Counted from the first letter of the stretch, positions 1 through 9,284 are shown. The stretch is 39,118 nucleotides of DNA from Patescibacteria group bacterium (GCA_024654485.1 JANLHO010000004.1:1-39118); one strand, 5' to 3'. Program-made: numbers and translations. Notes: a model not told the origin generated them from the sequence alone.

Positions 1-997
1 CGGGAATTCGGGCGTGCTCTTCAATCATATACTCTCCTATCAATGCTGCGTAGGAGGCTGTGCCACATGCAGTGATTATGATGCGCTGTATCTTCTCAAG
101 CTGTTTCGTCACAGATTCAAGCCCGCCGAGTTTCGCCATGCCTTTTGAGGGAATGAGCCTGCCGCGGATCGTGTTTTCAATAGCTTCGGGTCCCTCCATT
201 ATTTCTTTGAGCATGAAGTGCTCGTAGCCACCTTTCTTGGCCTCCTCTGCATCCCAGTCTATCTCGGTCGGAGCGCGCTTCACTTTTTTCGCATTGAGTT
301 TGAATATCTTGTGGTCTTTCGGTGTTATAACGGCCACCTCGCCGTCCTCAAGAAACACCACCCTTTTGGTATGCGGCAGTATGGGCGAGGGGTCGGAGGC
401 GATAAAGTGCTCCCCGCTTCCGAGCCCCAGCACGATGGGCGAGCCCATGCGCGCCGCGATGATCTTATCGGGCTCGCCCTTATACTGCATGGCGATGCCG
501 TACGTGCCGCGCAGCTCGTTCAATGCGGCCAGCGCGGCCTTTTCAAAGTTTTTCTGCTTTCCGCCCGAGGCGGACCGGCCTCGGGCCGGCCTTAGGCGAT
601 GCTCCACGAGATGCGCGATTACTTCGGTGTCGGAATCAGAGGCGAAGGTGTGCCCCGCTTTTTCCAGCTTCGCTTTGAGCTCCTTGAAATTTTCAATGAT
701 GCCGTTGTGCACTATCCATATCTCCCCTGTGCAATCCTGATGCGGATGCGCATTTCTTTCGGTCGGCTCGCCATGGGTCGCCCATCGCAGATGCGCGATA
801 CCGCTTTTGCCATTGAACGCCTTGGGTACTTTTGCGCGCAGCTCTTTCACCGCGCCGCTCGCACGGACACTGCCCGACTCCGGCGTGTAGATTCCTGCGG
901 AGTCGTACCCGCGGTACTCAAGGCTCAAAAGACCGCCCAAAAGCACCTTTCCGGCATCCTTCTTGCCTCCCCCCGTATACGCAAAAATCCCGCACAT
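1..997 (-). CDS. glmS: Glutamine--fructose-6-phosphate aminotransferase, N-terminal part (runs off the window edge)
   Basis: Manual translation from ATG at 997 gives MCGIFAYTG...LEYRGYDSAG...SDSDTEVIAHLVE, the Ntn-amidotransferase N-terminal Cys motif. Absent from the ORF track because no stop lies in the window. Confidence 0.95.
   Translation of the reverse strand, partial: MCGIFAYTGGGKKDAGKVLLGGLLSLEYRGYDSAGIYTPESGSVRASGAVKELRAKVPKAFNGKSGIAHLRWATHGEPTERNAHPHQDCTGEIWIVHNGIIENFKELKAKLEKAGHTFASDSDTEVIAHLVEHRLRPARGRSASGGKQKNFEKAALAALNELRGTYGIAMQYKGEPDKIIAARMGSPIVLGLGSGEHFIASDPSPILPHTKRVVFLEDGEVAVITPKDHKIFKLNAKKVKRAPTEIDWDAEEAKKGGYEHFMLKEIMEGPEAIENTIRGRLIPSKGMAKLGGLESVTKQLEKIQRIIITACGTASYAALIGEYMIEEHARIP
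560..589. repeat. 30-bp double-hairpin palindromic repeat (type A) inside glmS
   Basis: TCCGCC-CGA-GGCGGA followed by CCGGCC-TCG-GGCCGG; encodes in-frame PARGRSASGG. Confidence 0.8.
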
Positions 998-1128
998 ATA
1001 TAGTAGACGCTAAATCTAGCACACCTCTTATGAAAATCTAAGGGATTTCTTATGACGATGGCATCCCGCCGAATTGCCATTGCTTGGTGCGCGCAGCATG
1101 CAAAAAAGTCATGCGCGTGACAAAAACG

Positions 1129-1170
1129 CATATTCCTAACTTGTTACGACCGTAACAACTTAGGAATATG
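1129..1170. repeat. 42-bp near-perfect inverted repeat (terminator or operator-like)
   Basis: CATATTCCTAA-C-TTGTTACG-AC-CGTAACAA-C-TTAGGAATATG, just downstream of the 1183 stop. Confidence 0.75.
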
Positions 1171-1182
1171 GTGATTTTACTG

Positions 1183-2148
1183 TTATATGAGCACGATGTC
1201 GGCGATATCGCGGCGGAAGGCGTTTATAGAGGTCATATCGGGCGGACGCTTCGGGAAGGTACGGTTGGACAGGATTACGAGTCCGATGCCTTTTTGCATA
1301 TCGCAGACTACAGAAGTGCCGGTGAAGCCCGTCTTCCCGAAGCGTCCATCCGGATGCGCACCCAAGAATTCCCCCTTGATCTGCCAGCCCCGTCCGTGCA
1401 TGGCACCTTTGACGACGTCGCGCAACTTACCTTCCAAGAGCGCGCCGATAAAATTTAATAGGTCCGGCGCGGTGGAGAAAAGGCCCGCATGGCCAGCGGC
1501 GCGGCTCGCACGGGCGAAGACGTACGCGCTCTCATCGTGCGGGAGGCCGCACACCTCTCCCCTCTCGTCTATTTCCGTCGGGGCACAGTCGCTCGGCGAG
1601 GGGAAGAATGTCGTTTGCGTCATCGCGAGCGGGCCGAAGAGTCGCTCGTGCGCGAGCGCAGGCAGCGAGCTTTTCTCCACTCGCTCTATGACGAGTCCGA
1701 GCAAAAACGCCGGCAGATTCGTATATACGCTCTCTGCGGGAGGTCCGTCAAAACCCTTTTCAAATACGTGCGTTCGTATTTCTTCAAATGTTCTGAGCCG
1801 GAGCTTGGATAGCTGCGACCCGTGCACTCTGTATGTGAGCAGGTCCGTTATCGTGGCACCGTAATCGTTTTGCAGCTCCGGCAGATATTCCGCCACCTTT
1901 TCGTCCAATCGCAATTTTCTCTCCGAGATCATCTGTAGCGCTAGTGACGCAGTGGATATGGATTTTGTCACCGAAGCGACATCGTATGTTGTGTCAACGC
2001 GGACTTCGGGCGAGCCCGCCTCGTAGGTAAAACGGCCGAACGGCAACATTTCTCTCTCACCGCCATTACGAACAATGCCGACGACGACACCGGGAAATAC
2101 CCGCTCGCGGATAGCATTTTCTACGCGCGCTGATATTTCCTCATGCAT
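1183..2148 (-). CDS. Serine hydrolase, beta-lactamase class C-like (AmiE/YbbE-like)
   Basis: SxxK (SVTK), YxN (YTN), HDES...AGHAGLFST and GKTGFTG motifs. Confidence 0.85.
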   Translation of the reverse strand: MHEEISARVENAIRERVFPGVVVGIVRNGGEREMLPFGRFTYEAGSPEVRVDTTYDVASVTKSISTASLALQMISERKLRLDEKVAEYLPELQNDYGATITDLLTYRVHGSQLSKLRLRTFEEIRTHVFEKGFDGPPAESVYTNLPAFLLGLVIERVEKSSLPALAHERLFGPLAMTQTTFFPSPSDCAPTEIDERGEVCGLPHDESAYVFARASRAAGHAGLFSTAPDLLNFIGALLEGKLRDVVKGAMHGRGWQIKGEFLGAHPDGRFGKTGFTGTSVVCDMQKGIGLVILSNRTFPKRPPDMTSINAFRRDIADIVLI

Positions 2149-3220
2149 CTGGGTACGCCTTCTTTATCTCCTGCGCAAGATACGGGTCCCACATCGCGCC
2201 GGTCGCACTCATTACGGAATCGGCTCCGGCATCGCGATATGCTTTGTAATCCTCCGGCACCGTTACGCCGCCTACGCCTTCTATTGAAAACTCGTAACTT
2301 TTCTTTTCGCGTATCGCGGCGAGCCGCCTTATCTGCTCCACTCCCGCCCAACGGATGCTCGCGCCGCATATACCGGAGCGAAGCCGCGCCGTAGAGCCGG
2401 GCAGCGCCTGCGCTCCGCTTTGGTCGCGGATTTCCGCCTGCAGCGTGTTGATGCCGGCTATGCTGTCGGCGTATTCATTTGCTATCTCCGCAAGGCGCGC
2501 GAGGTCGGCGTCGGATCTGTAGTAGCCCACCTTGAGGATAAGCGACGTATCGCCTATTGCGCCGCGCACGCCTTTGACTATCGCTTCCGTCATGTCCAGG
2601 TCGTAGCACACAAGACCCTCGTTGCCTATATTCGGACACGACAGGTTTATCTCCAGTATGCGCGCGCCCGTCTCATGCGCTAGTCTAGCCGCGAGCACGT
2701 TGTCGTCTATGAATTCCTGCCTGCTTTGGTCGGAGCTCACAGTACCCATAAAGCTTAATACCAAGACCTGCCCCCTGCCCTCCGCTTGAATTGCCTTCTC
2801 CACGTCTTCTTGCCACACGGAAGCTTTTTTTGAGGGTACGCCAAATGAATTGGTTATGGATAGCGGTTCATCGTATTTAGTATCCGCGATGATCGGCTTT
2901 TTTAGATCCTCAAAGGTGAGGTCGCCTTTTGGGTGAATTGCGAGCACGTTGGGGAAAGGGTGGCACGGGAACGCATCGCTTCGCACCGTCTTGTACACAC
3001 AAATGTCAAAACCTTTTTCAAATGCCGCTTTGCAAAATGCGGCATTCAACAATGGCCCCGCGGGAATTCCGAATGGCGTGTATACTTTGTGCCCTAAGAA
3101 ACTGTGCGACGGCTTACCTTTTTGTTCGTAAATCTCGCCGTCGGCGAAAGCGCCGAAGGGGCCTCGCTCGTAATTCTCCTCGTAGGAAATCGTTGGGTCG
3201 TAGAAGGGTTCGCGCAGCAT
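2141..3220 (-). CDS. Dihydroorotate dehydrogenase-like FMN oxidoreductase
   Basis: GIPAGP, YKT, NSFG, EINLSCPN, INT and GVGGV motifs. Start at MLREP (3220) or 3235. The stop overlaps the start of the next gene. Confidence 0.8.
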   Translation of the reverse strand: MLREPFYDPTISYEENYERGPFGAFADGEIYEQKGKPSHSFLGHKVYTPFGIPAGPLLNAAFCKAAFEKGFDICVYKTVRSDAFPCHPFPNVLAIHPKGDLTFEDLKKPIIADTKYDEPLSITNSFGVPSKKASVWQEDVEKAIQAEGRGQVLVLSFMGTVSSDQSRQEFIDDNVLAARLAHETGARILEINLSCPNIGNEGLVCYDLDMTEAIVKGVRGAIGDTSLILKVGYYRSDADLARLAEIANEYADSIAGINTLQAEIRDQSGAQALPGSTARLRSGICGASIRWAGVEQIRRLAAIREKKSYEFSIEGVGGVTVPEDYKAYRDAGADSVMSATGAMWDPYLAQEIKKAYPDA

Positions 3221-3286
3221 GCTCACATAATACAAGACGCCGACGCGTCGCGCGAGCGCGGCACGGCAGCGTCACTCCGGAGAATA

Positions 3287-3457
3287 TCACTTAATCTTAA
3301 CCCCCTTGAAGGCGCGGCCCTTCTTGGACATCTGATCCATGAATTTCCCGCTTTTCGCATTCACTTTGGTCCAGCGCTTGTTGCGCCCCGAAAATACCTG
3401 CGCGCGACTCTTCACCGAGCCGCTCCGTCCTCTGCCCTTCGGGCCGTTCTTAGCCAT
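3287..3457 (-). CDS. 56-aa basic small protein (not in ORF track)
   Basis: MAKNGPKGRGRSGSVKSRAQVFSGRNKRWTKVNAKSGKFMDQMSKKGRAFKGVKIK; fills the gap and has TAAAAT 6 nt upstream. Confidence 0.8.
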   Translation of the reverse strand: MAKNGPKGRGRSGSVKSRAQVFSGRNKRWTKVNAKSGKFMDQMSKKGRAFKGVKIK

Positions 3458-3519
3458 TGCCTCATTTTACCGCCGTAGCAAATCCGTCAAACACCTTTAT
3501 CCACCATTGCATCTTGCGG

Positions 3520-3855
3520 TCAGCTAAATGTCAAAATACTTATGATGACAAGGACATTCATGACCTCCCAGAGCAAAAAGTGCACTAGTATTGAAGCGTC
3601 GCGGTGCGCTATCCCGTAAAATATCCATGGCAATGTCACCATGAAAATGAGCACCCAGAAAGCGAGGGAGACGCCTTCCGCCGTACCCTTGGCGAATATC
3701 TCCAAGACCTGCGTCAGGGCGGTAAAGGGTCCGATTATGCCGGCGACGAACGTGACCTTGTCTAGCGCGACGATATAACGCGATCTTCGCGGAGCTTCGT
3801 GCGGCGCTTCGCCTTCGCGGCGAAGCACCTTGTGCCGCATTCCGAAATGATGCAT
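3520..3855 (-). CDS. SemiSWEET/PQ-loop-like small membrane transporter
   Basis: About 3 TM helices with GP..ALTQ...GVSL..W (TQ in place of PQ). Likely start at MHHFG. Confidence 0.65.
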   Translation of the reverse strand: MHHFGMRHKVLRREGEAPHEAPRRSRYIVALDKVTFVAGIIGPFTALTQVLEIFAKGTAEGVSLAFWVLIFMVTLPWIFYGIAHRDASILVHFLLWEVMNVLVIISILTFS

Positions 3856-3893
3856 GTATGCGAATAATATCACGAGTGCGGCGCACTCCCCCG

Positions 3894-4868
3894 TTAGCCG
3901 ACTATCCCCTCCGCATCTTTGATATCGTTCAACAATTTCCTTACGGCGACGAGCGTCTTTTCGTCAAGGATTGATATAGGCGTCGCGATTATTTTCTTTT
4001 TATTGAGCGCAGCGAGTTTTTTCTTGACCTCCCCCGATGACACGGTATCTACTTTGGATAGGAATACGTGCTCTTCCTTTTCGCAGAGCGCGGGGTCGTA
4101 TTTCTTTAGCTCGTCGCGAATAGTCGTATAATCGCGCACGACGTCGTCAGACTCCGCCGACACGAGATGGAAGAGCGTCTTTGTGCGCTCTATGTGCTTG
4201 AGGAATTTCACGCCAAGCCCCTTGCCGCCCGATGCGCCCTCTATAATTCCCGGGATATCAGCGATAATCAGGCCGTAATACGCGCCAAGATTCGGCTCCA
4301 GCGTGGTGAAGGGATAGCTGCCAACCCTCGCACCCGCGGCAGTGAGTTCGTTGATGAGACTGGATTTTCCCGCATTGGGCAACCCCACAAGCCCCACATC
4401 GGCTATGAGTCGCAGATCCAGCCGGTAGGTCGCCGTGTCGCCGGAAGTACCTTCCTCAAAATCTTTCGGCGTTGTGTTGGTGGCCGAGCGGAATTTGAAA
4501 TTGCCGCGGCCGCCCTTGCCACCGCCCACCGCGAGTATCCGCTCTCCCACGCGCGCAAGCTCGCGCGTGTAGCCGCTTTCCACGTTCACAATGCTCGTAT
4601 TCGTCGGAACCTTCAGTATCATGTCGGCCCCGTCGGCGCCGTCTATGAATTGACCGCGACCATCTGCGCCGTTCTTCGCCTGTATCTCCTTCCGGCTCAC
4701 GAACGGCTTCAGAGCATTGATATCCGCCACGGCCTCAAAATAAATAGATGCGCCGCGCCCGCCGTCGCCTCCCGTCGGACCCAGTGACATCTTTACCTTG
4801 TTGAAAGCTACTGCGCCGCGCCCGCCCGCGCCCGCGCGGAGTGTCATCGTTACCTCATCTACCAGCAT
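3894..4868 (-). CDS. obgE: GTPase ObgE/CgtA
   Basis: Gly-rich Obg domain, GLPNAGKS, YPFTTLEP, DIPGIIEGA, FLKHIERT. Confidence 0.97.
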   Translation of the reverse strand: MLVDEVTMTLRAGAGGRGAVAFNKVKMSLGPTGGDGGRGASIYFEAVADINALKPFVSRKEIQAKNGADGRGQFIDGADGADMILKVPTNTSIVNVESGYTRELARVGERILAVGGGKGGRGNFKFRSATNTTPKDFEEGTSGDTATYRLDLRLIADVGLVGLPNAGKSSLINELTAAGARVGSYPFTTLEPNLGAYYGLIIADIPGIIEGASGGKGLGVKFLKHIERTKTLFHLVSAESDDVVRDYTTIRDELKKYDPALCEKEEHVFLSKVDTVSSGEVKKKLAALNKKKIIATPISILDEKTLVAVRKLLNDIKDAEGIVG

Positions 4869-4920
4869 CGCCGCATGCTACCACAAAGCGCACTCGGAAG
4901 TGCCCGTGGGGCTTTCTCGC

Positions 4921-5154
4921 CTACTGACGCAATATGGAAGCGCCGGAGATAAATGTATCGTGCACCCACGGTATTTTTGCGAACCACGGCCCGAATATTC
5001 CGAGGGCGATGGTGGCTATTATCGCCGAGCCTACGAAAAACCCGATGCCGTAAATGATACCCACCGTGAACATGCGCGCGAAAGAGTTCTGCTTCTCTAT
5101 CTGCTTGTTGAGCGAATCCAGATGCTCTATTATCTTGTCTTGCCTGTCTTCCAT
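4921..5154 (-). CDS. Small membrane protein
   Basis: Short coiled N-terminus plus hydrophobic GIIYGIGFFVG segment; TGATATAAT 6 nt upstream of the ATG. Confidence 0.75.
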   Translation of the reverse strand: MEDRQDKIIEHLDSLNKQIEKQNSFARMFTVGIIYGIGFFVGSAIIATIALGIFGPWFAKIPWVHDTFISGASILRQ

Positions 5155-5184
5155 GCCGGAATTATATCAGCATTTCTCGCACAG

Positions 5185-5661
5185 CTATTCCACGCCCACG
5201 CCCGTGATTACCACCGCCTCCACGGGTCGGTCGGGGCCGAGCGTCTCCACCTCCTCTATCGCCCTTACCACATCCAGCCCCTCAACCACGCGGCCAAATA
5301 CCGTGTGCTTGCCGTCCAGAAAATTGTTGTCGGCGGTGTTGATGAAGAATTGCGAGCCGTTGGTATTAGGCCCCGCATTGGCCATCGAGATCGTCCCCGC
5401 GTTGTTTTTGTTGTTCGCGTGTATCTCATCCTCAAACTGATAGCCGGGGCCGCCCGTCCCCCACCGCTCCACGACGGAGATGTCCTTGGTCAGGGGGTCG
5501 CCGCCCTGGATCATGAAATCCCTTATGACGCGGTGGAATTTCGTCCCGTCGTAGAAGCCGCTTTTGGCGAGCTTCAGGAAGTTGGCCACCGTCTTCGGCG
5601 CATCTTTCTCCATCAGCTCCATCCCGACATCCCCCTTGCTCGTGTGCAATATTATTTTCAT
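5185..5661 (-). CDS. Cyclophilin-type peptidyl-prolyl isomerase
   Basis: APKTVANF, FHRVIRDFMIQGGDP, SMANAGPNTNGSQFFI, HTVFG. Start at MKIILHT. Confidence 0.95.
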   Translation of the reverse strand: MKIILHTSKGDVGMELMEKDAPKTVANFLKLAKSGFYDGTKFHRVIRDFMIQGGDPLTKDISVVERWGTGGPGYQFEDEIHANNKNNAGTISMANAGPNTNGSQFFINTADNNFLDGKHTVFGRVVEGLDVVRAIEEVETLGPDRPVEAVVITGVGVE

Positions 5662-5674
5662 ACACGGGATTGTA

Positions 5675-6568
5675 TCATTTTCTATTCTCAAAATATCCGA
5701 AAAGCGCCTTTATGCCGGCAAGATTTTTCTCCCACTCAATAGTCTCATGAGTTTTTAGCTCCACCGTGATGGCGGGGATGCCTACGGAAGCAAGCCACCC
5801 CTCCGCGTCGCCCGTGATCTCATAGGCATCGAAAGAATCAACGGCGGGATACCCTGCAGCGCGCGAGTATGCTTCCATGATATCAAGGGTCTGCGGAAGG
5901 ATGCCATCTTCGCACTCCGAAGCGTACACGGCGTCGGATTGGCTGTGCCAAAAGACGACTGTGGCCGGAGCGCTCTTCAGGACAAAATCCCTGATAGCGC
6001 GGGATTCCGGCTCGGAGAACTCCGCCGAGCCGGCGCTGACGACATTGCCGCGCCACATGCTCTCCGGCTTCCACTTGCATGCAAAGTTGCGGTTCAGATC
6101 CACTTCGTGCGCGTTGAAGCGCCCTTCTCCCTCCGGCACATCCGTGCGCACATCCGTTATCGCGAATCGCCCTTCTTTGCCCGTTATTTTGTGTACCCCA
6201 TCGGGATTAGCTGATGGAATGACGGTGATTGTCAGGCCAGCGGGAATAACATTAGGATTCGCGTCCAGGTAGTCCATAAATGTGTACGCGAGAACCACGC
6301 TGTTCCATTCGTAGCCTCCGTGTATGCCGCCTACGAACGCAATGTGCCTTTCCCCATTTCCGAATGTGTATGCCTCTATCTGCCGACCCTCTACAGACAG
6401 ACCGATAACGCTGCGTTTTGGGCCATGGCTCGCCGACCCGATCTCATCCGGAGCGGATGCCCCAGGCGCATTGACGCTTCGCAATGTCAGAAACGCCAGC
6501 AACCCTCCGCCGAGTACCGAGGCTATAAGTGCGGTCGTAACGACCCGCTTCGTAAAAAAGGGCTTCAT
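5675..6568 (-). CDS. M14 zinc carboxypeptidase (MpaA-like), N-terminal anchor, catalytic residues intact
   Basis: GIHGGYE, NPDG, DLNRNF, SEPESRA, FWHS, TVEL. Confidence 0.85.
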   Translation of the reverse strand: MKPFFTKRVVTTALIASVLGGGLLAFLTLRSVNAPGASAPDEIGSASHGPKRSVIGLSVEGRQIEAYTFGNGERHIAFVGGIHGGYEWNSVVLAYTFMDYLDANPNVIPAGLTITVIPSANPDGVHKITGKEGRFAITDVRTDVPEGEGRFNAHEVDLNRNFACKWKPESMWRGNVVSAGSAEFSEPESRAIRDFVLKSAPATVVFWHSQSDAVYASECEDGILPQTLDIMEAYSRAAGYPAVDSFDAYEITGDAEGWLASVGIPAITVELKTHETIEWEKNLAGIKALFGYFENRK

Positions 6569-6590
6569 GATACTCAGTGATAGCCGCAGG

Positions 6591-7493
6591 TTATTGGGTG
6601 TAGTGTTCCATCACAGCTTTGATGCCCGCTTGGTTCTTTGTCCGCTCGGTGTCAGTGTGGTTGGTGAGAAGCACGCTTATAGCGGGTACTCCCTTCTTGG
6701 CGAGCCAATTTACCATATCGCCCGTTATCTCGTAGAAGTCAAAATCCTCGTATGCCTTGTAGCCGGAGGAGGCGGCGTACGCATTCGTGAGCACGAGGGT
6801 TTCCGGTAGAACGCCGTTGTGACAGTTGGAGGCAAATACGCCGCCGGCGGCGCTATACCACACGACGACAGCGGCGAGATCGTGCGTTTCCACATAATTT
6901 TTTATAGCCCGACTCTCCGGTTCGGAAAAAGCTTCGCTTCCTCCGCTTACCGTTCTGCTCCGCCATTTTCCACTCTCCTGCCAGTCGCAATCAAAGTTGC
7001 GATTGAGGTCCACGTTGTTCGCGTTGAAACGGCCGGACACCTGTACCGACTGCGACGATGCGACATCCGCCGCCGCAAACTCAGCCGTGGAAGTGCCTGC
7101 GACTTTGTAGAGCCCGTCCGGATTCAAGACCGGTATCACTGTTACCTTTACGTTTGCGGGGATAACGCCCGGATCGCCTTCCATATAATCCATCATTTCG
7201 CGCGCGACTAGAGCCGTGTTCCACGAGTAGCCGCCGTGTATGCCTCCGACGAGGAGTACCTCGGTGTCGCCCGTACCATAGTGGTAGGCGATGATATCGC
7301 GCCCCTCCACCGAGGTGCCGATGACCGATTGTCCCATGTCTTCTTCCATCGCCGAGCTATCGCCATCTTCAAGCGGGGCTGTGCTTGAAGCAATGTCTTG
7401 GACATCCGCAGGGCCGGACATGTTCTGGATGAGGAAATATCCGCCAAAAGCGGCAATAATTAGGACAAGAAGCACGATGATGATATTTTTCAT
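6591..7493 (-). CDS. M14 carboxypeptidase paralogue with degenerate active site
   Basis: Same scaffold (NPDG, DLNRNF, SEPESRA) but HGGYS, VWYS and SVLL at the catalytic positions. Confidence 0.8.
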   Translation of the reverse strand: MKNIIIVLLVLIIAAFGGYFLIQNMSGPADVQDIASSTAPLEDGDSSAMEEDMGQSVIGTSVEGRDIIAYHYGTGDTEVLLVGGIHGGYSWNTALVAREMMDYMEGDPGVIPANVKVTVIPVLNPDGLYKVAGTSTAEFAAADVASSQSVQVSGRFNANNVDLNRNFDCDWQESGKWRSRTVSGGSEAFSEPESRAIKNYVETHDLAAVVVWYSAAGGVFASNCHNGVLPETLVLTNAYAASSGYKAYEDFDFYEITGDMVNWLAKKGVPAISVLLTNHTDTERTKNQAGIKAVMEHYTQ

Positions 7494-7539
7494 AGTGGCT
7501 GCATTATAGCAGAATGCTCCATATCTCCCCTACGGCTCC

Positions 7540-8472
7540 TCAATCAAAGATATCGGCGAGATACGCGTCTATGTCCCTTTGGTCCATTTCGTAAAAGTTC
7601 ATATTGTTGTTGTGCAGGTAGGTTGCTAGCTTCACACCTACGAATCGCCAGTGCCACGGCTCGTAGATGTAGAAACCGTTGTCTTTCGGGTAAGAAAGCA
7701 CGAAGCCGTATCTGTAAGCGTTCCCGAGCAGCCACTGGTAGGCCGCCGTGTCTCCGAAGCCGTCCAGTTGGCCGCCTAGTCCCGTGGTGATGAAGTCGGC
7801 CGTCGTCCCGAGCTGGTGCTCCGAATATCCTTGGTCCGCGGAGAACGAGTTGGCGGTACCGGCTCCGTAAACCACCGTGTACTGTGACTTTAGCGATTCC
7901 TGCTCGCCGAAAGATCGGTACGCGGACTTGACGTAGAGCGTGACCCCGCCCGCTTTTGCCGCATCCAGGAGGCTCTGCAGGAATGGCTGCGCTTCCGTGA
8001 GGAACTGCTCCGGCTTTGTCTCGTTGTATAGATACCCGGCTGGAATGCCGGCGAGATGCGCCGGTACATAATTCTCATTCATAAAATATACTTTGGAGTA
8101 TTTCTTGAGAAGCTCGGGATCTATTTGTGAAAGTTTCTCAAGAGTGCCGACCGTACCGGAAATAGTGCCTACCTTCTGCTCCACACCGCCTACTTTTGAG
8201 CTCACGGCATCTATGTTCTGTTGGGTGCTGGAAAGAGTGTCGGAAAGTCCGACCGTTTGCGAGCGCAGGTCCGTAATGTTGAGCGCAAGCTCGCTGGTGC
8301 TCTGCGAGAGCGCAGTGGTGGTGGACGCGAGCTCCACGGTCAGGGAGTTCACGTTTTCCGTCAGTGCGGAGATTTTTATGAACCCGTATACAAGAAGGCC
8401 GAATAGTACGAGGAAAACTACGGCGGCCGGGGTGATGCTCGGCCAAAGACTTTTGATATCCGGATGCTTCAC
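7540..8472 (-). CDS. M15B (VanY-like) D,D- or L,D-carboxypeptidase with TM anchor and coiled-coil stalk
   Basis: SAYRS..EQ, SEHQLGTTAD and YEPWHWRF motifs; heptad-like S/T-rich stalk. Confidence 0.9.
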   Translation of the reverse strand: MKHPDIKSLWPSITPAAVVFLVLFGLLVYGFIKISALTENVNSLTVELASTTTALSQSTSELALNITDLRSQTVGLSDTLSSTQQNIDAVSSKVGGVEQKVGTISGTVGTLEKLSQIDPELLKKYSKVYFMNENYVPAHLAGIPAGYLYNETKPEQFLTEAQPFLQSLLDAAKAGGVTLYVKSAYRSFGEQESLKSQYTVVYGAGTANSFSADQGYSEHQLGTTADFITTGLGGQLDGFGDTAAYQWLLGNAYRYGFVLSYPKDNGFYIYEPWHWRFVGVKLATYLHNNNMNFYEMDQRDIDAYLADIFD

Positions 8473-8545
8473 GCGAAAGATTATATCATCTGCCCGCCCA
8501 CCGCGCTCTACCCCAAATACGACCTGTCGTGTGCGAAGTGGGGCG

Positions 8546-8770
8546 TTATTTCAATTCAAAAATGCCGGTGATGGCCGCAAGGCCGACGGCAAAAAGAAAA
8601 GCTCCCACTATTCGGGCTACCAGGTACGTGCGTTCGCTCGGTATATACTGCGCCCTCATTATCACTTTCTGGGTCCATATCTGCAGGCGAATCAGGAAAT
8701 CCGGCCGGACGACCGTAAGACCGCCGAGGATCATCAACATAAGTCCGATCAATAGGGGTTCCGTTTCCAT
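8546..8770 (-). CDS. Small 2-TM membrane protein
   Basis: METEPLLIGLMLMIL...ARIVGAFLFAVG; TGGTAGAAT 7 nt upstream supports the 8770 start. Confidence 0.65.
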   Translation of the reverse strand: METEPLLIGLMLMILGGLTVVRPDFLIRLQIWTQKVIMRAQYIPSERTYLVARIVGAFLFAVGLAAITGIFELK

Positions 8771-8962
8771 ATCTCCCATTCTACCATGCAGGCTTCTCAA
8801 GCATGCGCGCCAAACAGAAGCAGGAATATGGCGCTCAAAACCTGCTTCTTTTTGAATGGAAAGCGCGCCGAACACTAGGAAGAGAACTGCCCACAGCTTC
8901 GCAAAAAACAGAGTCGGCTCTGGTTCTATCTTTCCATTGTATCTAATCCCTACGCCTCTAGT

Positions 8963-9100
8963 CTACGAAACGAGTCCGACTAGATTCCGGAAGAAATCGA
9001 GGAATAGAGTGAGGACCGAGATGAAGAAGTACACGATGAGCGTGACAAGCTGCAAAAGAAAACCCAGCACCGCATTGAGAATCGCCGAAATGGAGTCCAT
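8963..9100 (-). CDS. 45-aa hydrophobic peptide (not in ORF track)
   Basis: MDSISAILNAVLGFLLQLVTLIVYFFISVLTLFLDFFRNLVGLVS; TGATACTAT 6 nt upstream. Confidence 0.7.
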   Translation of the reverse strand: MDSISAILNAVLGFLLQLVTLIVYFFISVLTLFLDFFRNLVGLVS

Positions 9101-9284
9101 ACCAAAATAGTATCACATTCCCCACCCCGGATTAAATGTGAAGGTTTAGCCTCCGCAAGTAATCCCTCTAGTCTCTAAACACCAGTGGCTAGTCGCCAGC
9201 TTGAATACCCGCGAAAAAGCGGGGCGACTCCCAAAAGCCCCAGAAAACCAAACAACCCGAACCACCACCGACTTTTTATATGCA

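Noticed and set aside
218..1003. Plus-strand ORFs here, and the many other plus-strand ORFs in the track
   Set aside because: They are antisense shadows of clear minus-strand genes (glmS here), as expected in GC-rich DNA.
998..1182. glmS ribozyme
   Set aside because: The conserved core (AGCGCC...GACGAGG) is not visible upstream of glmS.
3287..3457. Ribosomal protein L27 (rpmA) near obgE
   Set aside because: It lacks the AHKK.GGS...GRDS and RQRG motifs; it is a different basic protein.
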